Assembly: GCA_010093995.1 (NCBI GenBank)
Contig: ML992504.1
Span: 682,001-746,000, forward strand
DNA from: Elsinoe ampelina
Taxonomy: Eukaryota
DNA length: 64,000 nucleotides
Direction: 5' to 3'
Below, piece after piece: positions 37,761-52,120 of this stretch. The notes under the pieces were generated by a model, which was not told the origin of the DNA, did not search any database, and worked only from the letters and a program-made list of their open reading frames with translations. The position numbers were made by a program, and so were the translations under genes. Each line of letters starts with the position of its first letter. Within the stretch, counting starts at the first letter, position 1.

Positions 37761-39064
37761 TCATGCTGAAGCAAGCCATTGGGAAACCTTCGCAGCGCCC
37801 TCTGTTCGCTCAGTGTAACCAAAGGTGCCATCGATAATCATATCCACATGTACGGCTCCCTCCTGAGTCATGATTAGTTGAAGTGCTCAAAGTGCCGACC
37901 ACACTAGCCCGCCCTGCATGACTGGATACGAACCTCGACGAAGAATTCGACGTTTGGGTGAGCTGATCGCAATTTGTCGGCGAAGATGATGATACTACCA
38001 ATCAGGACCTCCAAAGCGCCTCCATAGACGAAGATCTTGGATACAACCAAAGGTAGGCCGGAGAACCAGGAAGCATCAGCAGTGCCCGGCTGCGTGTAGT
38101 TGTCATTTGGGGCCGAGCCGAGGAATGCACTGGACCACTTGCGCGCAGCCTTGATGCCTATCATGTCGTTGTACATGTTGGCTCTGTAGTGTTCGTCTGC
38201 ACGGATAAACTCTACCCACGGGCTAAGGAGGAGTGCTCCGGCCAGAGGTTCTGACAGCTTGACCGGTTCCACTTCAGGGTGGGGATGCAGCAGATGACAG
38301 AGTAAGGCTGAGGCCAGGTTACCTCCAGCAGAATCACCACCAATAATGATCTACTTGCGTCAGTCTATCATCGGTGATCAATAGAGGCGTACCCCGGTGT
38401 GACCCTTACCTGACTCGGGCGCTTACCACCTTCGGTAAGCAAGTAATTCAGTACCTCAGCTGCTTGTTGAAGTTGGGTGGGATACTGTCCTTCTGGCGCC
38501 AGCGTGTAGCTGAGCATCAATGCACTGGTGGATTTGTCCTTGGAAGCTTCCTGAGCCCATCGGTAGACCCAGTTCACGTGGCCAGGACCGGCAGCTAGTA
38601 CATATCCGCCACCTGTGGAATGCTCATCAGAATTGCTGGCGACATGGCGCTTGATTGGTACTCACCGTGAAAATACAACAATACTCTGTCGGCGCCTCTG
38701 TTGCCCAGCCAGTGAGCTTTCAGTCCACCCTTGAGAATCAGGGTGTCAGGCTGGAAACCTTTCTTCTTTGCGACTTCCAAGTAAGTGTCTTCCGTGGTTC
38801 CACCGGAAGCGCGGTCTCCACTCAAAGTGTTATTCGCGGTGAAGGACCTCAATGCGGCGTAGAGAAATCGTCGCAGCAGACCCTTTGATTTCGGACCCCG
38901 CCGCAAAATGAGCATGAACCATCCATTGCACACTGCGATAAAGTCAGAGACCATCGATCCGAAGGGATATGCATGGAAACGAGGGACGCGTCAGCCTCAC
39001 ATGCGCGACCAAGTGCACCAAAGACCTTGATCTTATCGAGGCCGGTTACCGAGAGAGGAGCCAT
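37761..39064 (-). CDS. Alpha/beta-hydrolase, HSL/GDXG type (steryl acetyl hydrolase Say1/Mug180-like)
   Basis: YFHG/GGY across an intron, YTLAPEGQYPTQL, GDSAGGNL, LLSPWV, last exon EGAVH..WLASA*. Four introns. Confidence 0.9.
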
Positions 39065-39773
39065 GGTGCAGGGACTCGAAGAGGAGAGAGACGAGTCCGG
39101 TGTACTTTGAGTAATAAGGCCAAGAGATGCGGAGACGGTGGGAATTAGACACAATGGCAGCTGGTTCTGGATCGACGGCGCGGTCGTCCGATGAGCGATA
39201 GAGACCCGATCACACGGTGACGACCGGTTTTGACTTTATGGATACTGGTGTCGGAGGTTGGCCAGCAGAGGGTCTCTTGGCGGGCAAACGAGTCGGAGGC
39301 ACAGAGTGAATTGCGCTAAGATGGAACAGTTGCTGGGTCTCTGAGACGGCGTGCAGATCCAGGTTCTCCCCACGCTGCTGATGTTTGGACAGGAACTGGC
39401 AAGAGGCTCCACTGGGGGAAAGTAAAGTAAATCGGAAATAGGGCCCGACTCGTGACAGAGTCTGCAGGTCTCGGCTTGCGTAGGCTTCTGATTTGCTCGC
39501 GATGCTGTCCAAAAAAAGTCAGACCTTCAATAAAATAATCACACGGGCGTTCAACATGCCTCGTCGACAGTTCTTGAAGTAACAGTCTCCCCTCCCTCAC
39601 AGCGCCAGCGAGCGGGGAATGTCGTTGGAACGGCCCGCCAAGCTCCGCCCGCGCCCGGTTTCTGCAAGAGCTCACAGACTGCTTTCTTTCCGCTTTTGCA
39701 CTCTGTTCGACACCTGACTCGAAGAATTTATCCCTCCTCCCTCACCACGATTCATCAACCTCTGACGATCAAA

Positions 39774-41275
39774 ATGGCCAACGACCCTGCCTCCTACCCT
39801 TATCCTGTACAGTCGCAGCTCGAGCAGCTGGCAGGAGCTGCACAACAAGCCTCGTCGCCGCCTGGGAATGCAGAATTTGGCACACAGCGACCACCAAACC
39901 CTCGCAAACGCCGCGCAGATGGCACACCAGCATCGGCTCGCGGTGTCGCAAACCTCACCCCCGAGCAGCTCGCCAGGAAACGCGCAAATGACCGAGAAGC
40001 TCAGCGTGCTATCCGAGAGCGCACTCGCAATCAGATCGAGACGCTGGAAGCAAGAATAAAAGAGCTGGAATCGCAACAACCATTCCAGGAAATGCAAAGC
40101 GCGCTGCGGACAAGAGATGCCATAATTGCAGAGAATGAAGAGCTCAAGAGACGACTTCAGAACATCATCATCCTTGCACAATACCAGGCCGGTGGACATG
40201 GTTTGAATGGTATGGTCGTCTCCGCGCGCATGCTCACACCGCGCCGCATGTTTTGTTACTGACATCATGCCCAGATCTAGCGCTCGCTACAGCGCAACAA
40301 GCTCCTTTGCCGATGCCCCAAACTCCACACCAAAATGACGACCAGGAAAATGACCAGCAGCAACAATATCCTCAAAATTTTGCTCATCGCGAGGGTTCCT
40401 CACCCGCCGTTGGTCAACACCACCTGCACCCAGATCTCCGGAACCTTCAGCCTCACCAAGTCCCCACGGCGCACATGTCGGGCCTTCCTAATGGCGCCAA
40501 CACCTCGCCTCGCCAGTCTCGACGTCAGAAGCCTGTAGCCGAGCTGCCCGAATGGCAGCGCTTGCCAACCCACACCGCCCCATCAAACCCAATCGACACT
40601 GCTTTACTAGGCTTGATCTCTTCCCGTCGTAATGCCCTCCAATCCGGTGAATCTATACAGTCGGTATTGGGTCCACCGCTCCCCAACTTTGCCGCACTAG
40701 TGAGTTCGCTCAGTTCGGACAGCCAACATCCGCTGGTCTCGGGCATCTCTCTTCTCATCTCGGAACAGATGAGTACTTCAGACCTTCCTAATCGAGTGGC
40801 AATGATGTACACGACCTACTTTCTTCTTCAATGGATGATCTCTCCATCACAGGACATGTACCAACGTTTACCGCCATGGCTGCGACCCACCACAATGCAG
40901 CTTCAGCCTGAACATCAGCATTCCATTTGGATCGACTTGTTGCCCTGGCCGCAACTACGCGACAAAGTGCTTGCCAACCCATCGAGCTACCCATTCTCCT
41001 TCTTCTACAGCTTTACATCACAGCTCGGTCTGAACTTTCCCTACGACCCGAGCTTATGCCTGCAGAAAGGTGGCGTTGTATCCACTCCTGTCTCGCCAAG
41101 TGACAGTGAAAGTGACCCCGAAAACGAGGAGATCTACCACATTAACCCGATCTTCGAAGCGCATCTGCGTGACCTCGGCAATTGGTCCATGTCTGGAACA
41201 ACCGGCGAGGACGGGGATCTCGAGGGTCTTCTGCAAGGCCTCGGCTCTGTCACCAGCTCGAAACCAGACAATTAA
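39774..41275 (+). CDS. bZIP transcription factor with C-terminal DUF3425-like domain
   Basis: RKRANDREAQRAIRERTR basic region plus leucine zipper. Intron ~40210-40275. LRPT..Q..H..WIDLLPWPQLRD, FEAHLRDLGNWS. Confidence 0.92.
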
Positions 41276-41673
41276 GTGCCCACACCACCATTTATACCCA
41301 AGCATAAATTGCTGTACATGACTTATCGCCCCCGAACCGCCGAACTATCAAGGCGGGATCTGCAATGTTAGCCCGACCACTTGATCACACGATCACCTTC
41401 TCGAATACAGAGATAGAGCACCATCCCAGTCCACCACGAAACACCAGCGGCAGCAGGTCATACAAGGGCTTGCAGCCCCTTCCCAAAACTGAATTACTAG
41501 CGACGGCGCATGGCGTAAGGACTCCTCACATTTTAGATTGTACGAATATACCACGCCAGAAATACACTCGACCTTGAAGGTCGTTTTTGCTCACTGTTTC
41601 CCATTCCTGATCTCCCATTGTACATAATCTATGCACGAGTACTGTACAAAAACCCCCCAACTACTTCCCCTCC

Positions 41674-44600
41674 CTAGCGTCTCCACTTGCCACTCGTCCT
41701 CCTCCCTGCATCAAGTGTATCCTCAACCCCACTAAGCGCATCAACCACCCCATCCTCTGCTTGACTGTCCGACGCACTCTCCCCCGAGGCCACATACCCC
41801 ATCAACTCCTTCCTCCCCTGCTCCCGTCTCGCCAACCTCACTCGACTGTTGAAGCGCGCTATCGCCTCCCTTTCCACCGAGTCGGGTTTATCAGTCATGT
41901 ACCTCCTCGCTCTGCCCCCGCTTAAAGGTCTCCGCTTGCCTCGCTCGAAGAACGTAGGACGACGACCGTCTTGACTCTGCCTCTGGGAAAGGACTTCTCG
42001 CGCCTTTTGCCCGTTTGTCGTTTCCGTATCGTGGTGGGTCTCCGGCTTCGTGGCAGGTCGCTGTCCGACTCCTTGGTCCTGCCGGACGGGGTCCCTCTTC
42101 TCACGGATTGTTTTCCGCCACGTCGAGCGGACGCGCAGGAAAGCGCGCTCGAGGCCCCATTTCGTGGGGCAAGGAGGCAGGGTGGAGAGGAGGTGTTCGA
42201 CGCGGCGGAATAGCGTGATTGAAGCGGGTAGAGTGTTGCTGCCGAGTCGTCGGGTGAGTCCGCGGACCTCGCGTTCCTGGAAGGCTGGGAGTGTCGTTGA
42301 TGGGAGCATACGGACGGTCGGGGAGATGATCTTTTCGCGGATGTCGAGCGTTGGGGGGGACATGGGGATTTTGTGGAGGAAGGGGGGCATGGTGGAGTCT
42401 GAAGGCGAGGCAGCTGCGATGGAGAGAGCTGCGTTTGGATCGTCCGGAGCTGGCGTGGTCGTGGCGGGTGACTCGTCCTCCTTTGCGTCCGGGAGTGATG
42501 TTGACCTTGCGAATCTATACACAACCTCTGACCTCCTGGGAATGTTGGTCCTAGTTCCGGGATGCTTATCTTCATCAGCTTTTCGCGCGTGGTAACGTAC
42601 GGTAAAGAGACGCTTACCGTGTCTTGGCCTCGTATCCAGTGCGCAGTGGTCGGGCTCGAGAGGATTCGGTATCGACTCCATTCTCCCAACAAGCATATCG
42701 GAAGTAAGCATTGCATGACGCCGTGGAGTGGTGGCACTGAAGTTGACACCTTGAACAGGCTTCTTTTTGCGCTTGGGTGCATCACCGCCCAGAGTGTCCA
42801 TCGACTCTGTCTCGTTCGCTTTTCCGAGAGCTTGTATGTTCGCGGCGTCCATCTCTTCTGCACTTGTTTGTGCTGTTGCGGCGTCTACGACGCTAAACAT
42901 TGCGTCATCGTCCCCCTCTTCGACTTCTTCCTCTGCTTCTGCTTTATCGGCGGCTACCTTTTGCCGCGTTCTCCGCTTCTGGCCCAAATATGGCAGATGC
43001 CTTATGCTGAACCTCGAGTACGGTACGTCAATCTTAGTGTCTCGATCTGCTGGAACCACGTGACTTTTTGCCATATCGAAAGTTCGGATCTTCAAGGACA
43101 TGCCTTTTTCTGATAGTGCTCCGAAGTGATTGACAATCACTTTGATCTCTCGATCAGCCTCTTTCCAGGCATCGCTACCCGCGCTCAGAGGCTCGTCAAC
43201 TGTGCTTGGAATGACCCCAAAATCGACAGAATATTCTCCTGGCCGCGAGGCGATGATTTGCGGTGGCGCCAATGGTGCTCCCGGATTCAGCACTTGATCC
43301 GGAAGAAAGTGAAACTGAACAAGATCTCCTTTCCTCGCGATTTCCTTCAAGCCAGACACCGGTGCACTATCGCCGTCTAGATCTGGGGCAAGCAGAGCCT
43401 CAGCGAAAGGGACGGCCGTTGACTCGTAGGACGTGTCTGGGTCGAAAGACAGAAGGCCGGCCTTATTTCCCCAGCCGCCACCTCCGGAAGTGACGCGAAC
43501 CAGACGTACTCCTTGTGCAAAAAGCTCGTCAATCCTCATGTCCCGAAGTCCAAGAAGTGGGGAGCCGGGGTATTGCCAGTGATTGTCTGCGTTGGGAAGA
43601 CTGTCGAACATCGAAGGCGCGGGTGTGAGCGCTGTTGCAAGTCGGCGGTGCTGCTCATCCTCGGAATTTGCTAGGTCCTTTGGCACTACGAGTGCCCAAA
43701 CTGACATGGCATGTGGTGAGATACCCAAAGCCTTGAAATACTGCGCAACAGCATTTTCTAGTTGGAATGATGCCGGCTGCGTGCTCTTCTCTGCGACGTC
43801 TTGGGGTGGTCCCATCTCTCGCACGATATTACCCATGCAGGATGTGACACTCTTGGAATTGGTCAACTTTAGAAGGGGAAGATTGATTGCAGCCACGTTG
43901 GCGCTGCCAATACCTGGGGATGCCGCAAGAGTAATTTGTGCATGCTGCACATTCTGCTCTTTTTGCCGTACAAAGCGCTTGCCATCGTCTGCCCGTGAGT
44001 ACCGTCCAAGTATGAGGGTTGATTTGAGACCGTTCGAAAAGATCGTTGCCGCTAGGGGTATTTGAATGGAATATGCTTTGATGCCGCTAACATCGGCATG
44101 TCCGCCGGAATCCATCAGATCCTGAAGCACTTCCGAGTGCGCCGGGTTGATGTTGAAAGTAAGTGTGCCAGGTTTGTCGGGCTCGAGAGAGTGCGTAAAT
44201 CTGGTGGAATCTGCAGACCAATTGTCTTTAGCAGTTTCGGTGGCAAAATAGTGTGTCGAAGTTGAGACGGACACAGAGATACCCTCCAAGCCCGAGTCGT
44301 CTGATAAGACTCTAGCAGTTCGTTTGCTGACACTCCGAGCGACAGACATTGGTGGTAGGGGTTCTCGTGTTGGCAATTTATCCACGACGGCGACCAGTGC
44401 TTGGACCGCGTTGACGGATTCGTGGTCTATTGAGTCCGGAACCAAACGTGCCAATATCGACGGGACCACGTCCTCGTTAGCGACGAGGTCGGCCGCATAC
44501 TTTGCAGTCGCCAGTACTATATACAAAGGCTCCCCTTGTGTCTCAGGCAGTGCTAAAGGACTCAGCTGCTCTATCAGCTCGTCCAGACGCTGGAGAGGTC

Positions 44601-45173
44601 AGAACCACTCCACGCTGAGAGGGGGCAAAATATGCTTACGCTTCCGTGCGAAGAGCTGTACACGGTCAATGACTTGGTGAGTGTGGTCGACTCATCGACG
44701 ATGACATTCGAGAGGAAGTTGAGGACCTGACTGACGGCCATGGCTTTATCCGGTCCAATACCCTGCTTGGGGCTGCCTGTAGAAAGCGACGTGCCATATT
44801 CCAGGTCCAGTATGGCCTCATACTTCGGTCGTGTGGGATCTTGCGTCTTATGTCTACGTAGCTTGATCTTAGAGATTTGGAATATGCTCGGTGTTGCCGC
44901 CAATGAAGCTGAATCGATATCGACAGCAAATGGTACCTCGACTTTCATCGGTCCTGCCAGTCTCCCTGGTGCTGCGGTAGTCTCCACATTGCTTGGATTA
45001 ACGGGGATGTCCAGTCTCTGACGATTTGTACGTAAGACCTTGCGAAATGTGCCTGTTTCAAGCACCTCCGCTTGCCTCGCTACATGTCGTGCTTGTATAC
45101 AGCCACTGAGAGACCCATGATCACTTTTTGGCCATAGACGCTTCGTCCATACGCCGCTACCCGCTCTGAACAT
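41674..45173 (-). CDS. Conserved fungal hypothetical protein (~1130 aa) with SGGGGWG motif
   Basis: ORFs 44574-45173 and 41674-44526 joined by intron ~44592-44639 (GTAAGC..CTGAC..CAG). Motifs AVVDKLP, PLAATIFSNG, MGNIVR, SGGGGWGNKAGLLSFDP. Confidence 0.8.
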
Positions 45174-45612
45174 TTGCTAAGGTGGAAATGATTGATGAGG
45201 ACCAGCAATGCTGGAGATGGAGAAGTGAGGTCGGCATGCTGAGCTGTCCGATCTTGCCAAGACCGGCGAGAACCCTGAGGTGAAGTTGCTCCGAGTCGCC
45301 ATCTGACTTCGTGTTCTGCAAGGGGACAATTTACGATTGACTTCAAACGGGCCTGGCTGCCACTCATCCACTTTTCTCCTGACTGCTGTATCACAACAAC
45401 CAGCATCGCAAATCGCAAACACTTCGACCCATCACGAGTTACAATCGCAATATGCGCCGGGATCTTGAAACGCTGCGTTAGCAAGCTCGAGGCTTTGGAC
45501 CTACCGCTCTAGCCGGACTACTCTTACAACAAATAAAGGGAAACAGGTGGATAGGGTTGGACCAACCGGTTGAAGAGGAAGAGTAATATACTTGTTGGAC
45601 TTCTCATCCACA

Positions 45613-46858
<1,246 letters not shown>

Positions 46859-47485
46859 ATGGACGGAACGGTCCACAGAAGGGGGAAGGGAGGGGCCGGG
46901 GAAGCATACGAGCAGGCAAAATCAGGATGAGGGGTTGTGGGAGGTCGGCGATATGGAGAAGGACACGGAAGGGAAGACCGCAAAGCAGAGATGAGGGGAA
47001 AAGGGAAACAGGAGCTAGGACCCCAATAGCAAGAAGCCGGAGTAGAGATATGGATGATTGGCGTTTGTTAGGGACCTGGATGCTGTATGGGATACATGGA
47101 GGATATATATTTCGTGTAGCAAGTTATCGGACATGTTACATGGTTGAATCAGTACTCTCCGCACGAGCACCCGAGGGAATGAGCTCGCACTGCCCGGCTA
47201 TCTTCATGGGGTCTGGCTAAATCTCATATGAGATCTCCGTGTCTTCGGTGTAGCCTGTATCACTCACATGTGCAATCTGGGAAGCAGGTACAGTGAAGGT
47301 CAACGTGGCACGCGGTCAGAGAAGGACACCATTTAGCAACATACGAATTGGTCTGGCAGATACGTGACTGTCCATTTTCGATTCATTTAGATACATGATT
47401 GACGTTCATCTCGATGATGGTCATAGCAAATTTCCTTCCGAGTCGACAGCTCTGTGCACGTCGCTCTTCCGTTTCCACTGCCCGC

Positions 47486-48445
<960 letters not shown>

Positions 48446-48981
48446 TCAATATAGTCTGAGGTGTGTGACACGGGGACGACATGGACGACCGACGACCCCT
48501 CCTTCCACTTTTTGGACTGGTGGGGTCACTTCGTCACAGCTCCAGCTCGTAGCCAATCACAGCTCGACCTCGAGTCCAGCATCAGCACTGCAGGCCATTG
48601 ATAGACAATCGTCAGAAAATGCGGTGTGCTTGGTCATCGGCGTTGTCATAGCAAAAGTCACTGTTTGAACCCGTCCCTTCTTCTTCATGCAAGTCCCTTT
48701 GGTAAGAAGTATCAGTGTATTGTCCTACACTCTTTCTCCGAGGCAATCTCAGCCACAGAGGTAGCTCGAAACCCTAATCTACGCGCCGACTCGCCGACCG
48801 TGGCCTGGACTCACTTGCTGGGCCTCATTTCCCTGAAGATCTGATCTGATCTCTGTCCCTGCAGTTCTGCCTCCAACATCGGGCGCTTGTCAGGTCTACA
48901 CACTCTTTCGTAGGTGCTGAGTTCATCTTCACTCTCTATTACTATTCCTTCTTTGGCTGTTTCCTTCAATTTCGAGCAACA

Positions 48982-49822
48982 ATGTCATACACTGCGACGC
49001 GCCTAGGCGGGAGTGGTAAGTGAAAGCACCGCGACTCTTCTCGCGCCCTCACACTGACATCCAAAGCCTTCAACCACAGCCAATCGCAAGATGCAGAGCA
49101 AGAGTACGACCGTCTACGCGACCTTGCCCGCAAAGAGCACGGCAAGCAGCAACACTGCGCCGCCGAGGTCAGCACATCCCCCACCTCCCCACCCCCAGTC
49201 CAGCACTCACCCCCTCCAGTCCCAAAAAGCCTACCAACGCGGCGACGGCGCCACCGCCAAACAACTCAGCAACGAAGGCAAAGAGCACGCGCAAAAAGCC
49301 GACGACTACAACCGCCAAGCCTCCGAATTCATCTTCCGCGAGAACAACGCCATGGGCAAAGTAGCGGGCGACACCATCGACCTGCACGGCCAATTCGTCG
49401 AAGAAGCCGAAACCATCGTAGAGCAACGCATCAAATACGCAAAGTCCACGGGCCAGACCCACCTCCACGTCATCGTCGGCAAAGGCAACCACTCGGTCAA
49501 CCACGTCCAGAAGATAAAACCCATGGTCGAGCGCGTCTGCCAGGAACTCAGGCTGCAGTACCACACCGAGGCGAACGCCGGGCGCATGTACATTGATCTC
49601 ACCGGCGGGGAAGCCAGACCGCCCACCGAGTGGCCCCAGGCGCCGGGCAATGTGTCGCAGGAAGAGTATGGGAAGCCGCATTATGAGACGGCTTATCCGA
49701 TGGGTGGAGGCGCGAGTTATGGGTGGACCAAGCAGAATCAGCTGGAGATGGAGAAGCAGGTGAAGAAGCATTTGCCAAAGGTGCTGAGGTTTTTGAAGAA
49801 GCAGTGTTGTACGGTTATGTAG
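48982..49822 (+). CDS. DUF1771 + Smr-domain protein (putative endonuclease)
   Basis: EYDRLRDLARKE, AYQRGDGATAKQLS, IDLHG, VIVGKGNHS. Two introns ~49016-49066 and ~49168-49219. Confidence 0.9.
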
Positions 49823-50087
49823 GGGGAGAGGGGGATTGGATTCTTTGATACCCGGCTTGTTTGCGATTTGTGTGTTTCTCTTCTCATGTTTGGAGAAGGT
49901 TTGAAGATATAATTGGTCGACAGTGAGGTCAGAAAGTCGCACGGTTGCATAGATGAATAGTTGCATACAGATGCTCTATATAAAATGCTACATGTCCATA
50001 TCATAGCCATCTGGCATCCGGTATCTTTTGTCGTAAATCATTTATATCGTCATCACATAAACGACCTCCCACTGCCTCCACATCTTG

Positions 50088-51437
50088 CTAGAAACTCCGC
50101 ACAGCCACCTTCTGCCCCTCCGTATCTGTCTTCTCAATCGCAGAGCTACGACCCGAAGCTCTCTCCTCCCTCTCCTGCTCTGCTCTCGCCTTGAACTCCC
50201 TCAAGATCACATCCTTTCTCTCCACGGCATCCCAGTTCGGATTGTCGACGTTCTGCTCAGCCTCCGAGATCCATTGTCTCCACATCGGGGTGTCAGGCAC
50301 AGATGCGCTGCTCCATACCCATGACGTGGAGCGAGAGCGATGGATTGTGTACCATAACGTCCTAGTGTAGCTGTCCGGCAGCTCTCGGCCTTTGAAGTTG
50401 ACAGTCTCGTGTGCTCTTGTAATGTGAGGATGGAGATCCTGCTCCTTCTCAACGCGGTAGGCGTTGACGTGCCAGAACAGCTTGAGTGGTAGTAGAGCTA
50501 CGAGCCAGTATACAGCGTTGAGGAAAATGAAAGTCCCTCCTATAGCTGCCTGCATAGTCCAGGAGCAGTTACCGAGCAACACAACACCGACCATAAGAAA
50601 GATGGTGCCGGCGCCGGTAATGGCCTTGGACGCTCTGCTGCTGAAGTAGTACTCCACTGAGTCGGACCCGATGTAGATCTCCCTCGTGATGTTCTCGCTG
50701 CAATGTACCACAACGAATGCAGCATCGCGGAGCTTCAGGATCACGTCTCCTCGCGGTACATCTTGGTTGTCGGACTTGCGGGTAGCCAGGACGGGTTTCC
50801 ACTTTAAGGAGAGTCCTGTGGCCGAGGAGGCAAGGGAGAGTGTTGTGACGCCAACAGCGGCTACACCGTCGGACAGGATGAGTGCCCATACAAAAAGGCC
50901 GACGGAGAGAAGGCAGGATGCTATGGTGATGATATTGAGGGGACAGAAGTCTCTCGCTTCGAGCCGATCCCTGGCCTGATGCAGGTTCCGGCGGTAAAGG
51001 CATTGGGTCCAATGTCGTGAGCCAGCCCTATGCTGTCGGCCACCCTTCTCAGCATCATCAAGTGCATGAAGCTGGGTTTGTGTACGGCCGGCTTCGTCGT
51101 AACGGTAAGAGATGGTGAATTCCTGAAATGAGTGCTTCTTCGCCCCCGAGACATTATGGATTAGATTGGCGGCAAAGTTGAGCTCGTCGACAGTCGAGCC
51201 CGAGAAGGCGCCGATGACGACCACGCCTGGTGTGGGAGGTAGCCGTCGGGGACGAGAAGCCCGTAACATTGCCTGTGGCGCGGGCATGAGTCGTGGTAAT
51301 GCACACAGCCATGATGCTGTTATGGTCTGCGCGTGATCCGAGACGGTGGACTCCCCAATGACAGCAAGCAGGGAGACGATGTCAAGCCTCCAGCCTTCAT
51401 TTTCCTCTCGACCTCCAGGAAACCATCGAAGCGACAT
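50088..51437 (-). CDS. Hypothetical multi-pass membrane protein (449 aa)
   Basis: Intronless ORF with about four hydrophobic helices in two pairs. N-terminal LDIVSLLAVIGES..LPRLMPAPQAML. Confidence 0.85.
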   Translation of the reverse strand: MSLRWFPGGREENEGWRLDIVSLLAVIGESTVSDHAQTITASWLCALPRLMPAPQAMLRASRPRRLPPTPGVVVIGAFSGSTVDELNFAANLIHNVSGAKKHSFQEFTISYRYDEAGRTQTQLHALDDAEKGGRQHRAGSRHWTQCLYRRNLHQARDRLEARDFCPLNIITIASCLLSVGLFVWALILSDGVAAVGVTTLSLASSATGLSLKWKPVLATRKSDNQDVPRGDVILKLRDAAFVVVHCSENITREIYIGSDSVEYYFSSRASKAITGAGTIFLMVGVVLLGNCSWTMQAAIGGTFIFLNAVYWLVALLPLKLFWHVNAYRVEKEQDLHPHITRAHETVNFKGRELPDSYTRTLWYTIHRSRSTSWVWSSASVPDTPMWRQWISEAEQNVDNPNWDAVERKDVILREFKARAEQEREERASGRSSAIEKTDTEGQKVAVRSF

Positions 51438-52120
51438 GGCCTGGAAAGAGGGGTCCGCGTCCTCCTGGGATGAGGCGGTGCTGTCTCAAACGGTCCGAAA
51501 CTCTAACGACCAGAAGGCCTGATGTGCTGTCGCAGATGTCCTAGAGATGGTTGGATATGGATATGGATTGATTCCAATCCATCTGTGTGTGATGTTGATT
51601 GTATGAACCAGTAAGCACAGCTGAGAGCGTCGTTTGCTGCAACACGAAGCGCAAAGAAGAAGTTCCTAACGTTCGGGAGAACAGGACATCCGAAAGTGAA
51701 TGCGAGTCTCAGTCGACAGCAGTGATTAAGGCAAGCATTGATCGCTGCAGCGGTCATGGGCACCGATGCGGCCCTCTTTGATGCCTCAGAGCTGGTGCAG
51801 CGGATTGTACTCAAGGAGTAAGGCTGCCTCCGCTGCTTCTTTCTGCACAGCCCGCGTACGGCAATCCTCGCTCTGTCATGCCGAAGCACATTATGCGAGA
51901 AACCATGATCAAACAAGCTCTGCATGCGATGCGAAGTCGTGTGTCACCAATGAGTTCTGCTGTTGTCCGTGTTTGCTCCTACCGTGGCGCTCGCAGGTGA
52001 CCTAAACGTTCACAACATGCACCACTACCATAAGGACGGCTACGTTCTTGAGACGTTGGCCCTTCATCGACTCTTTAGCCTCTCTCACGTCAAGCTGGAA
52101 AGACATCACCATAGCTCGAG

